From a virus (Duplodnaviria > Caudoviricetes), in IMG/VR virus record IMGVR_UViG_3300021442_000250, positions 1 through 64,000 of that record: DNA of 64,000 nt; one strand, 5' to 3'. The notes beneath the pieces are model-generated. The model did not search any database. It was not told the origin of the DNA and saw only the letters and a program-made list of their open reading frames with translations. The first letter of the stretch is position 1, and the number at the start of each line of letters is the position of its first letter. Below, piece by piece: positions 40,041 to 51,100 of this stretch. A program made the translations under genes and the position numbers.

Positions 40041-41844
40041 ATCAGGTTATATTGCGGCAATAGCCAGAGGACATAATGCAGGTATATGTCTATTAAAAGA
40101 TGGAGAAATTGTTTTTGCAATAGAAGAAGAAAGATTATCTAGACACAAATACGATGGTGGTCCATATCGTTCAATGATGGAAATATTAAAATATACGGAC
40201 AAAATAGATTATCTAGTTGTAGCTCATACACAACCATTAGATGATCCTACTACTGGTAAAGTTGATTATACTCATGATGATGTATACACAGGGTTAGCAA
40301 GAAAATTAGGTTTAATAGATAGAAAAGCAGATTTACAACAACACCCACAAGTAATTGACCTAAGTCATATCCATCATAAGTTACACGCCGGTTGTGCTTT
40401 TTATAGATCAGGATTTGATAAAGCCTGTTCAGTTATTGTTGATGGAGCAGGAACTTTTATGCCTGTTAATAATCAACTTACAGGAGATTTATGGATGTTT
40501 GAAATTGAATCTATTTTTGATTGCTCATATCCTAATAATATAACAACTGTATGGAAACATTACGGTACTGGTTCTGCATCTCCAGGAGCATTTATAAAAA
40601 AACATCCTTCAGATAAAATGGGAGAACCAGGTAAAACTCATGAATGTTTATTTTCAGATGTAGCAGGAATTGTTAAAGTTTATGAAGCAATTACTCAATA
40701 CTGTGGATTCTCTGCCATTGAAGCAGGAAAAACAATGGGATTATTTCCTTATGGAAAAGCTAATGATAGAATTCCTCCATTATTTCATGATGAAGTAAAA
40801 TATATGTCTTTGTCTAATAGACATTTAATAATTCCTACATATCCTAATGCGGCAATAGTAAATGAAGGCATTTATGATTACTTAGATGATACACCTGCAG
40901 ATTGTCCTGATGTTACTAAACTAGATAATAGAAGAGATTTAGCATATTCTTGTCAAACAGAAACTCAAGCAGAAGTTTTAAAATTAATTTATAAAGCTGT
41001 AGAAATGACAGGTCAAAAAAATGTTGTATTATCTGGTGGATATGGATTAAATTGTGTAGCAAATTATTGGTATCTTGAGTCTTTAAGAAAAGATGGAATT
41101 AATTTATTTGTTGAACCAGTATCAAATGACGCCGGAACAGCCATTGGAGCGGCTCTTTTATTTTATTATGGTATAACAGAAGATATGACAAAAAGACCAC
41201 TTACTACATTATGTCAAGGTCTAGAAAGAAAATATACATTAGAAGAAATAGAAAAATTAGCAAATAAATCAGGCATTGAATTAATGGACGCAAATGATAA
41301 AGATGTAGTTAAATTAATGATAGAAAAAAATATTATTTCTATGTTTCAAGGAAAATCAGAAAGTGGTCCAAGGGCATTAGGTAACAGAAGTATTTTATTT
41401 GATCCTACATTTAAAGATGGTAAAGATTTTGTTAATATAGTTAAACGTAGAGAATATTTTAGACCTTTTGCAGGATCTATATTACATGAACACGTACACG
41501 AATGGTTTGATTTAAGAGGAATGGAAGAAAGTCCTTATATGATGTATGCTGTAAATTGTCAAGAAGGAATAGCAGAAAAAATTCCTAGTATTATACACGT
41601 AGATGGTACTTGTAGAATACAAACAGTTAAAGAAGAACAAAATCCATTGTATTATAAATTAATTAAAGAGTTTTATAATCAAACAAAAATACCAATTGTG
41701 TTTAATACGTCATTTAATTTGGCTGGAGAACCACTTGTAGAAACATTAGAAGACGCTATATGGACTCTTGAAGAATCTCTTTTAGAATATTTGTATCTTC
41801 CAGAATATGGAAAAATGTTAAAGGTGAAAAATGTCAAGAAATAG
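40033..41844 (+). CDS. Carbamoyltransferase, NodU/CmcH/TobZ family
   Basis: GHNAG, EEERLSR.K, HH..HA..AFY.SGF, VDGAG, GKTMGL..YG, LSGGY.LNC.AN, NDAG.A.G, E.GPRALG.RS, KRRE.FRPFA, HVDGTCR.QTV, NTSFN..GEP. The ATG at 40033 with an SD is preferred over the TTG at 40015. Confidence 0.92.
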   Translation: MSKSGYIAAIARGHNAGICLLKDGEIVFAIEEERLSRHKYDGGPYRSMMEILKYTDKIDYLVVAHTQPLDDPTTGKVDYTHDDVYTGLARKLGLIDRKADLQQHPQVIDLSHIHHKLHAGCAFYRSGFDKACSVIVDGAGTFMPVNNQLTGDLWMFEIESIFDCSYPNNITTVWKHYGTGSASPGAFIKKHPSDKMGEPGKTHECLFSDVAGIVKVYEAITQYCGFSAIEAGKTMGLFPYGKANDRIPPLFHDEVKYMSLSNRHLIIPTYPNAAIVNEGIYDYLDDTPADCPDVTKLDNRRDLAYSCQTETQAEVLKLIYKAVEMTGQKNVVLSGGYGLNCVANYWYLESLRKDGINLFVEPVSNDAGTAIGAALLFYYGITEDMTKRPLTTLCQGLERKYTLEEIEKLANKSGIELMDANDKDVVKLMIEKNIISMFQGKSESGPRALGNRSILFDPTFKDGKDFVNIVKRREYFRPFAGSILHEHVHEWFDLRGMEESPYMMYAVNCQEGIAEKIPSIIHVDGTCRIQTVKEEQNPLYYKLIKEFYNQTKIPIVFNTSFNLAGEPLVETLEDAIWTLEESLLEYLYLPEYGKMLKVKNVKK

Positions 41845-42778
41845 TGCTATCTTTTTAAATGGTGGAGCAGGAAGAATGATTAGTTCTATACCTGCATTAG
41901 AAAATTTTGCAAAAGAAAATCCCAATGATGATTTTGTAATAATTTGTGAAGGCGGTACGGATGTTTTAAAAGGTCATCCAACATTATATTATAAAACATA
42001 TGACAATTGGCATAAAGGACTTTTTAAAGAATTAATAAAAGATAGAAATTGTATTAATCCTGAGCCATATAGAGTATGGGAATACTACACTCAAAAGTGT
42101 AGTCTTGCTCAAGCATATGATATTGCAATTAATAATAAAGGTATAAGAGAATTAAAAAAACCTACAATAAAATTAAGCAAAGATGAATTATTATATGCTC
42201 GAAAAATGTTATCAGAAGTAAAAGAAAAATGCAAAAAAGACAAATTAATTGTTATTCAACCCTTTGGAAGAGGTGTTAGAAAAGAAGATAAAGACATAGT
42301 TGACATTACAGGTAGAAGTATGGAAACTAAAAATCTTTATAATATAGTAAGAAAGTTATCTAAAAAATATGCTGTAATGATTATGACTGAAACACCATTA
42401 GAATTTAATAAGCATATGTCAGCACCAGTGGCTACGCCACAAAATGTACATATAAGAATATGGATGGGTGTAATTAAACAATGTGATCACTTTTTAGGTT
42501 GTGATAGTGTAGGGCAACATATGGCTTATGTTTTCGACACAACTACAACATCAGTAATAGGATCTACATTTCCTATTAATGTATCATTCCCAAACAATGA
42601 AAAATTCAATATTATTGATTTAGGTAAAGAAGATCGTGTTTATAGTCCTATAAGAGTTACCGTAGATGAGTTCTCAGACCGTATAAATGAGGGTATTATG
42701 GAGATGGATGACCAACAAGAGCAACAAGTTATTGCATCAGTCAATAGAATGATAAAACACGGTAAAAATACCCAATAA
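41831..42778 (+). CDS. GT-B glycosyltransferase, GT9/heptosyltransferase-like, paralog 2
   Basis: Full-length paralog of 39063..40040 (FLNGG.GR....PALE, EPYR.WEYY.QKC, QPFGRG, FLGCDSVGQH.AY); overlaps the end of the carbamoyltransferase. Confidence 0.65.
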   Translation: MSRNSAIFLNGGAGRMISSIPALENFAKENPNDDFVIICEGGTDVLKGHPTLYYKTYDNWHKGLFKELIKDRNCINPEPYRVWEYYTQKCSLAQAYDIAINNKGIRELKKPTIKLSKDELLYARKMLSEVKEKCKKDKLIVIQPFGRGVRKEDKDIVDITGRSMETKNLYNIVRKLSKKYAVMIMTETPLEFNKHMSAPVATPQNVHIRIWMGVIKQCDHFLGCDSVGQHMAYVFDTTTTSVIGSTFPINVSFPNNEKFNIIDLGKEDRVYSPIRVTVDEFSDRINEGIMEMDDQQEQQVIASVNRMIKHGKNTQ

Positions 42779-42844
42779 GCCCAATATCTACAGAAACTCT
42801 ATCCTAATAAAATTGGTAAATACACTTAAAGAAGGAATCTTTAT

Positions 42845-43267
42845 ATGTTTGATGTATCAAAACTCTTTGGAAAAGGCGATAAAAATACGCTATTAATGAA
42901 AAATGGATTAAATTTTTCATACAATGGCCCATCTGCCACTGTAGAAGAAGGATTAGTTTTAGACAGATTTCACCTTGCAACTTTTTGTTCTGCAGAATAT
43001 ACAATATCTATAGACTATGATACTAATAATAAAGAAATTATTAGAGCATTAGTAGTAGGTGCTCCATTAAATAGTTCTGTTACAATTTACGGTAGATCAA
43101 ATTTGGGAAATAATTTAGTAAAATTAACTAGTACAGTTACTGATTCTTTTGTAGAATTAAAACTAGATCCAGAAAATAAAACAGCAACAACAAAATATAA
43201 CGGTTCAAAAGCTATCTTTAAGGCAACATATTTTCAAACAATGAATGCTTTATTAGGTGGTGTATAA
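42845..43267 (+). CDS. Hypothetical virion protein (140 aa)
   Basis: SAEYTI...KEII..LVV beta-rich fibre-end-like pattern; late motif at 42815. Confidence 0.55.
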   Translation: MFDVSKLFGKGDKNTLLMKNGLNFSYNGPSATVEEGLVLDRFHLATFCSAEYTISIDYDTNNKEIIRALVVGAPLNSSVTIYGRSNLGNNLVKLTSTVTDSFVELKLDPENKTATTKYNGSKAIFKATYFQTMNALLGGV

Positions 43268-43306
43268 TATGAAATTAAATTTTGATAAATATAGAGTATA
43301 GATAAA

Positions 43307-45163
43307 ATGGCAGTAAATTATAAACAGTTTGAAGCAAACTACGGATTTAAAAGCCCAGGATTTACGGTTGATAATCTTGGTAATGTATCTGTTAGAACAA
43401 TTACTAATACATATACTCCGACTGCATCTGATTCCATAGATTATACAGTTACAGAACAAACCAATAATTTTTCTATTGTAGATAAAGATAGTAATAATTT
43501 AGGATCAAACCCAGCTCTTGATTTAAAAAGAGGTACAACTTATGTTTTTGACCTTAATACTACATCTATTACATGGAATATTTTTTCACCAGATACAAAT
43601 AATAATGCAGTTGCTGGAGTTTCTTATAGTACTGGGTTATCGCATACTACAAGTATCAATGGACAAAACCTTGCAACTGATACATGGACAGTTGCACAAA
43701 CTTGGCAACAAGAATCTTCATCTTATAGTAGACCTGTAACTGTTGTTGTTCCTAATACTACCGGAACACCATTACAAGGCAAACAAATTCCAGTAATTAT
43801 AACTTTACACAATGCAAATCAATCGGCTGGAAATGCTATTACAAATTTAAATTATCTAACAGATAAAATTATAATTGCTCCTCAGGGTTACAGTAAAGAA
43901 TGGAATACAGGATATACTACTACTAAAGCAGATGATATAGCATACCTTGATGCAATAATAGATAAGTTAGCGGATTATGACAATGTAGATTTAAGAGAAA
44001 TTTCAATTCATGGTAAAGGACTTGGTGGACAAATGGCACACCAATACGCTTTACAAACAACAAAAACAAATATTAAAAATGTAATCATTGAATCAGCATT
44101 ATTCAATGAAGACCAATACAGAGAAAATACAGGTATTTTTTACAAAATGGCTTTAGCTAATTTAGGAGATTCAACAGCAGTTTCTTGGGCACCAGTAACG
44201 CCTTTATCTAAAGCAAAAGTTATAATGTTTCATGGTGAAGAAGATTTAGCATATCCATTTAATGGTGGAGTTGTAGCTGGTCAAACTATTTTAACAGCGG
44301 CATCTACAATATATGGCTGGGCAAAAGCAAATAGTACTATAGAAAATAAATTATTATCTGGTGTACTTCAATTAGATGGTTCTAATTTATATTCTTATAA
44401 TTCAGGTAATGTGTCGCTATATGCTTATTCTAATGTAGCACAAACTTGGGAAGGAAGTGTATTAACAAGCGTTCAAACAAGAGTAAATGAGACAGCTACT
44501 CCTTCTTCATATGTAGATATTCCAACAGCTTCTACTGTAACTGGAGAAGATGCTTTAGCAAAATCTAAAGGACTTTTAAGTTTTGTAGTACCAATTGATG
44601 CTCCAGATAAACTATTTTATGGTGATGCAGATAGAGTTCCTAGTGCGGCAATTAATATAACTAATCCTACAGTAACAGGAATTGGATCATTTAGTTCTAT
44701 TCTTAATACAGGAAATTTAATAAGTTCAGGTGCAGATGCAATTATAACAATTAGTCCTACAGGTACTGGTACAGTAAATATTAATCCAGCTGGTGGTGGT
44801 ACTATAAACAATGTAAATATTAATGCAACAAATTTAACAACATCTGGTGAAGTATCTATAACACCTAATTCAGATGTAACTATAAGCCCACAATTAAGTG
44901 GTACACTAACAGTAAACCCTTCAGCAACAGGATCTTTAAATAATGTGTCCGTTGGACAATCTGTTCCTAAAGCAGGAGCTTTTACTACTCTCATTTCGAC
45001 GTCAGGAACGTTAAATAGTACTACAATTGGTACAACGACACCTGCCAATGCTGGATTTTTATCCGCAACGGGCGAAAGTACGCCTACAACAGGTAAACAC
45101 TTGACCAATAAAACTTATGTAGACGCAACTAGTATGGCATATTCTATTGCGTTAGGGGTATAA
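43307..45163 (+). CDS. Fibre-like protein with an inserted inactive alpha/beta-hydrolase domain (618 aa)
   Basis: PVIITLH..., IIIAPQG..EWN...ADDIAYL..II, HGKGLGG, MFHGEED..PF.GG; fibre-type INN..IG..TP repeats; ends YSIALGV. Confidence 0.7.
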   Translation: MAVNYKQFEANYGFKSPGFTVDNLGNVSVRTITNTYTPTASDSIDYTVTEQTNNFSIVDKDSNNLGSNPALDLKRGTTYVFDLNTTSITWNIFSPDTNNNAVAGVSYSTGLSHTTSINGQNLATDTWTVAQTWQQESSSYSRPVTVVVPNTTGTPLQGKQIPVIITLHNANQSAGNAITNLNYLTDKIIIAPQGYSKEWNTGYTTTKADDIAYLDAIIDKLADYDNVDLREISIHGKGLGGQMAHQYALQTTKTNIKNVIIESALFNEDQYRENTGIFYKMALANLGDSTAVSWAPVTPLSKAKVIMFHGEEDLAYPFNGGVVAGQTILTAASTIYGWAKANSTIENKLLSGVLQLDGSNLYSYNSGNVSLYAYSNVAQTWEGSVLTSVQTRVNETATPSSYVDIPTASTVTGEDALAKSKGLLSFVVPIDAPDKLFYGDADRVPSAAINITNPTVTGIGSFSSILNTGNLISSGADAIITISPTGTGTVNINPAGGGTINNVNINATNLTTSGEVSITPNSDVTISPQLSGTLTVNPSATGSLNNVSVGQSVPKAGAFTTLISTSGTLNSTTIGTTTPANAGFLSATGESTPTTGKHLTNKTYVDATSMAYSIALGV

Positions 45164-45170
45164 AAATTAA

Positions 45171-48100
45171 ATGGCTAAAAAGAAATTAAACAATTATATA
45201 TTTCAAACAGGAATTCCTAAAAACGGGAATAATTATCCTGTAGCTCATAATCTTATCGATAAAAATAAAGAGTGGATTAAAGATGAAATGATGGGTTATA
45301 TCGCTGAGAAAACATCTCAAGATACAGCCGCTGATTTATATCCTAATATATCTAACAGAATTACAAACAATAAAACTTTTATTAAAGATGAAGTATGGGC
45401 CTGGGTGGCGGCACAAGTTGCAGGTAACATTGCTCCATTTGCCGGTTATACTAAAACTGAAGACACTGTAGAAACAGATGTAGAAGCAGTAGTAGAAGCT
45501 ATTGCACGTGACGTTAGATATGGTGGAAATGAAAATTTAAGACTTCAATCAGGTACATATTTTATAGATGGTGTACTCCAATTAGCTAACAGTGGAGATC
45601 CTGAAATCGCATATTGGGGTTATATGCGAACACTTATAAAAGATTCTATTTTACCTGGAGGTGCATTTGGTACTTTACAAACTAGTACATCTTACACTCC
45701 TACAGGAGCAACATATACGCCAACAACTGGTGATATGATTTTAACTATTGGTGCTCACACTTTAACAGTTGGACAATCTGTTAGAATTAGTACACTTGGT
45801 TTAACTTTTACGTGTGCAATGGACAACAATGCAACAAATCACAGTTATCCAAGAGCATCTGGTTCAGCCGCACCCGGTGGTGCTGATTTTTTTTATAATA
45901 AACCAGTTAAAGTTACAGCTAAAGATTCAGTATCAATTACTATAAACGTAGGAGTATCAAGTAATACAACAGCACATACTTTTGTAAGTGCTACTTCTGG
46001 TAGTGTACAAAGTGGAACAGTACAAGATTTAACAGGAACAAATGCTGAAAGTGCCGGTGTTACTGACTTTGATACAAAATTAGGACAATTAATTGAAACA
46101 GTTGACAATGGAATTGTTCAATTACCTGCTCTTACAAGTAGTTCTTATGTATTTGAAAATTTTACTTATAATTCAGATAAGTGCGATAGAGATTATGATT
46201 TTATTCTTGATGCATATCTTAATGATTTACGTTACAATGGTAACAAACAAACAAGATTTATTGCTTCTAAATTCTGGGTAGGAACAACTCCTCAAATAGA
46301 TGGAGATAGACAACCAGAAGTTGCCGCAACAGATTGGGTTAGAGATTTATTAATTAATTACGTTTTACCAAATAAATCTGTAACTTTCACACCAACAAAT
46401 GTAGTATACACTCCGACAACTGGAGTAATGGTATTAACTATTGGATCTCATCCTATGTTGGTTAATGAATATATTAGAATTAATACAAACAGTTTAACAT
46501 TTACTTGTGCAATGGATAGTCATGCGACTAACCATACATATCCTAGAGCGTCTGGATCAAATGCACCTGGTGGGGCTGACTATGCCTATAATGAACCAGT
46601 TAAAATTACATCAGTAAGTGCAACATCAATTACTGTAAACGTAGGAACATCAACTAATACATCAGCACATACTTTTATAAGTGCTACTACAGGTGCAGTA
46701 ACACAATCAAAACAAAATCCAGTTGTTACTACTCAATTTACAGATGGAAATAATTCTGAATCAAACGCGACAAATAGAATAGTAACATTGTCAAATATTA
46801 TTTCTGATGTAAAAGCAAATGGTTTAGATAATTTACCAGCATTAGAAAAAAATGAAGTATCTAGTTTAAAAGTTGTTAATCCAGGTGGACAAATTAATCA
46901 TGAAGATATTTTATTAATTACTAACACTACAAGAAATACTGTATTATATAATTTTGCTGATGCAAGTCTTGGCTGTACAGTTGAATATGAAAAAGAAACT
47001 GACGATGATTTTAAAGCATTCTTACACGGTAGTGATACTGTAACTACAATATTTTTAAATGCTGATACTTCTAGCCATACAGTTGATGATGCAGTATCAA
47101 TTTTTGTAGAAGGCGGCGAACTTAGAACAAGACCATTTGATTTTGGTACTGACGCAATTGAAAGATTTAGAATTGCAAAACCACAATCAATGATAGATGC
47201 TGACTTTGAATATGGTCTTCAGCCAACCAAGTGGCAAGCAATTGGAACACAAAGAGGTTATCCATCAATTTACGAAGTACCGGGAACAGATATAGATATC
47301 GCATCAGTAACAACTGACGCATCAACTGGTACAGCAGGAATAGGTGCATCATTAATAACTGTAACAACAGTTGGCCCTCACGCCATGTTATCAGGTGATC
47401 CTTTAACTATTATAGGTTTTGCAGGATCAGGTGTAGAAGGGGCAGGTAGAGCACAAGGTTCATTTGTTGTAAATTCTGTAACATCTAATAAAATTTTTAC
47501 TTACTATGCAAAAGCAAAAGTAGGAACAGCAAACGGTCAAACAATATCAACTAAATTTACTCAAATGCGTAAAGGTGCATTTTATACTGGAGCAGATTTA
47601 GGAGAACCATCGTTCTCTGTTGTATCACAAGGATCAAGTGGAGCAGTTGCAACTTCATTAAAAGTATTAGCAGGACAATCAATTGTTCCATTTACAGGAG
47701 CAACTCCTCCAACAGGAGCTCCAGTTACAGGAACAGGTATCGCAACAGGTACTCAAATTACAGCAATTACTGGTACAGGTGGAGCTTTAGTTAGTCCAAA
47801 AATTAAAGGAGATTATGCTTCAGGTGTAACTCAAGTTGAAGTTGTAGATCCGGCAGGTATATTACAAAATTCTGTATTGGATAGAGGAGATGGTTTTGGT
47901 ACAAATATTATAAACGTTAATGGAGCAGTATTAACTTTATCAAGTCCTTTACAATCAAGTTTAGTAGGTGATCAAACAGTTTATTCAAATGTTGCTGGAT
48001 TAAACAGATCACCAAATGGTACAAGTGCAACTTGGCAAATAAGTTGGACAGGTGGTGCTTATACTGTTGTACAAGGAATAACTGGAACAAATTATCAACT

Positions 48101-51100
48101 TGGTGATGCAATAACAATTCTTGGAACGGCTTTAGGTGCATCATCTCCAGCAAATGATGTAACAATTAATATAGACAGTGTAGATACTGGAGGAGAAATT
48201 CTTACTTTCAGTTATTCAGGAACTGCATTTGATGGTACAGGATCAGCTTCAGACATTACTGGTAGCGTACCAGGTGGCGTAGGCACAGGTGGAGAATTTA
48301 ATATTACTAAAACTAATACTTCATATGCGGTAGCATTAGCAAGTCAAACCTTTACACTTTTAAATCCTCAATATGCAGGTGGCGGTGGTACTGGATCTAT
48401 TTGGGACATAACATTCACAAATGGTGTTTATAATACTGTTACAATGTCAAACGGTGGATCTGGTTTTATTGTTAATGATACAATTAGAATTGCAGGAACA
48501 GAATTTGGTGGACAAGGCGATCTGAATGAATTATTAATTAGAGTTACTGGTGTAAGTTCAGGAGTAATAACAAGTCATTCATCTGCAGGTACGGCTCCAG
48601 ATGCAACAGTAATATATACAAATCCAGCATTTACTACAAGTGGTTCAGGTACATTAGCAACATTTAGCGTAACTAGAACAGGAACGGCTTATACAGCAAT
48701 TATTACAGCGCCAGGAACTAATTATGGAGTTTCTGATACTATAACAATTGATGGTGGAAATTTAGGTGGTGCATCAACAACAAATGACTGTACATTAACC
48801 GTTGCAACTATTGATGGTTCAGGTGGAATAACAAGTGTAACTCCTACTGGTTTAGCTGTTAATACAAAGACTATTGCTGGAATAACATCAGGTAATAACT
48901 ACGTAGGTTCAAATGCTCAATTTAGTGTTACTAATCCAGTGGGTGGTAGCTATACTAGTATTACAGCAACAAATGTAGGACAACATTATACATTAGGTCA
49001 AGAATTAACAATATTAGGAACACAATTAGGAGGTTTATCTCCTACACACGATTTAACAATTACATTGGCAACAGCGTTAGGAGCCAATGATGCAATTGTA
49101 CAAGGTAATTGGACTATTTCTGGTAATGCTACAGATGGTCCCGGTACATTAAATTATGTAGCAAATGACATATTAAAAATTAACGGTACAGCATTAGGCG
49201 GAGCTAATATTACAAATGATGCATACGTTAGGGTGTCTAGCGTAGACGCAGAAGGGTCGATTACAGGAGTAGCTGTCACTGGAACCGGAACAGATGGTGA
49301 TGTAACATATACAGAAGTACCAGAATGGGATGGATCAACTATACCAGGATGGACTACAAGTTTAGCAGGAACAGGTGCAACATTTACAATTCAAAGAATA
49401 GGAACGGCTTATACAGCTACAGTAGTAGCAACAGGTTCGGGATTTGTAGGGACAGAAGCAATAACAATTTTAGGAACACATTTAGGTGGTGCAACACCAG
49501 CCAATGATGCTTCATTTACAATTGATACTGTTAATGCAGGAGCAGTTGCTACTATAAGTGCAGTAACTGGAACAGCGGCTAATACTCAATTATACACAAA
49601 CGCACCTACAGAAAAAAGAGTAGGTCAAGGTGAAGCATTTGATATTAGTATCACAGGTGGAAATTATACTGTAGATCAAATTTCACAGGCAGGTACAAAT
49701 TTCTGGGTAGGACAAATAGTAGTAATTCCTGGAACATCTTTATTTGGTTCTTCACCAGCAAATGATTGTTCAATAGAAATTACATCAGTAGATGCAGTAT
49801 CAACTGGTGGAATTACAGGTACAACTGTAACTGGAAGTGCTAACACTGGTACAGGTGCCGCAGGAACAATGTTAATTGGTACTAATAGACCACAAACAGG
49901 TATTGGAGCAGTATTCTATATAACTAGATCATACACAGACGATTCATCAACTACATATACAGAAGCAACAGTTTCTAGTTTAGGAACAGGTTATAATGTA
50001 GGAGATCAAATTGTTGTTAGTGGAACAGCATTAGGCGGAGGAACTCCTGCACATGATTGTAATGTTACTGTTCAAGCTATAAATTCATCAGGTGGTATAT
50101 CACAATGTACTCACTCAGGTAGTGCAGTAACAGGAACAGGTGTAACAGTTTATTCATCTCTTACTTTATCAGATGTAACTACGCAAGTTTTACCAGCATC
50201 ATCTACAATAACTTATAGTGCAATAGCAACTATACAAGTACAATTTTTAACTCCACATGGTTTAGTTCCAGGAGATGGTTTCTTAGTAACTATTGGATCT
50301 GATGATGGAAGTAATAATCACTTATTAGCATCAGGACCATTCCTTGTTACAGAACTTCCAGCAACTAATCAATTAAGATTTCAAGCTAGATCACCAGGAC
50401 AAATTACAGATCTTAACTGGTCTGGATTCGTATATGTTAGACCAGATTCATTCTTTGTACATAGACCATTTGATGGAGGAGTACAATTAGGAACAGGTGG
50501 ACCACAACACGGTGCACAGGCAATAAGACAATCTAAAAAATATATTAGATATCAATCAGGTAAAGGTATCATGTATACAACAGGTGCCTTGTTTGCTCCA
50601 TCTTATGATATTTTAAATGTTGTAGCAGATGGTAAAACAGTTGGATCTGTAATATCTGTTACTACAGATGAAGTTGACCACGGATTACAAGTTGGTGCAA
50701 CTATAACATTAATTGGAATAGCACAACAAGAATTTAATGATGATTATATAGTAATTCAAATTGTAAATGAAAGAACATTTAAAGTTACTGCTAATAGTTC
50801 TTTAAGTATGTTAACTCCAGAATTTAAAGATCAACCACAAGTATCATTAAAATATTGGAATGGTGCAACTGTAAGATCAGGTATATTTGATGATCAAAAT
50901 GGAATTTTCTGGGAATATGATGGTGTAAACTTAAATCTTTGTCAAAGAACAGCTACAAGACAATTAGCAGGAACAATTTCAGTAAATCCTGATTCTAATA
51001 CAATTACAGGACTAGGAACAAGATTTAGAGAACAATTAAAAGCAGGTGATAGAATAGTAATAAGAGGTATGACTCACGTTGTATCTAATGTTGCAGATAA

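Larger units (their letters stand above)
20982..46700 (+). repeat. Dispersed ~300-bp / ~100-aa module, 7 copies in 3 genes
   Basis: Copies begin at ~20982, 21255, 21789, 22122, 31443, 45693 and 46386. Consensus YTP.TG.M.LTIG.H...FTC..D....H.YPR...NVG.SSNTTAHTFV; DNA is near-identical over gg.atc.agtaatacaacagcacatactttt. Confidence 0.9.

Noticed and set aside
20982-46700. Dispersed DNA repeats as a CRISPR array, DGR template/variable repeats, or inteins
   Set aside because: They are in-frame coding, ~300 bp and irregularly spaced. Differences are not adenine-specific, there is no reverse transcriptase in the window, and there are no intein termini (C/S...HN).
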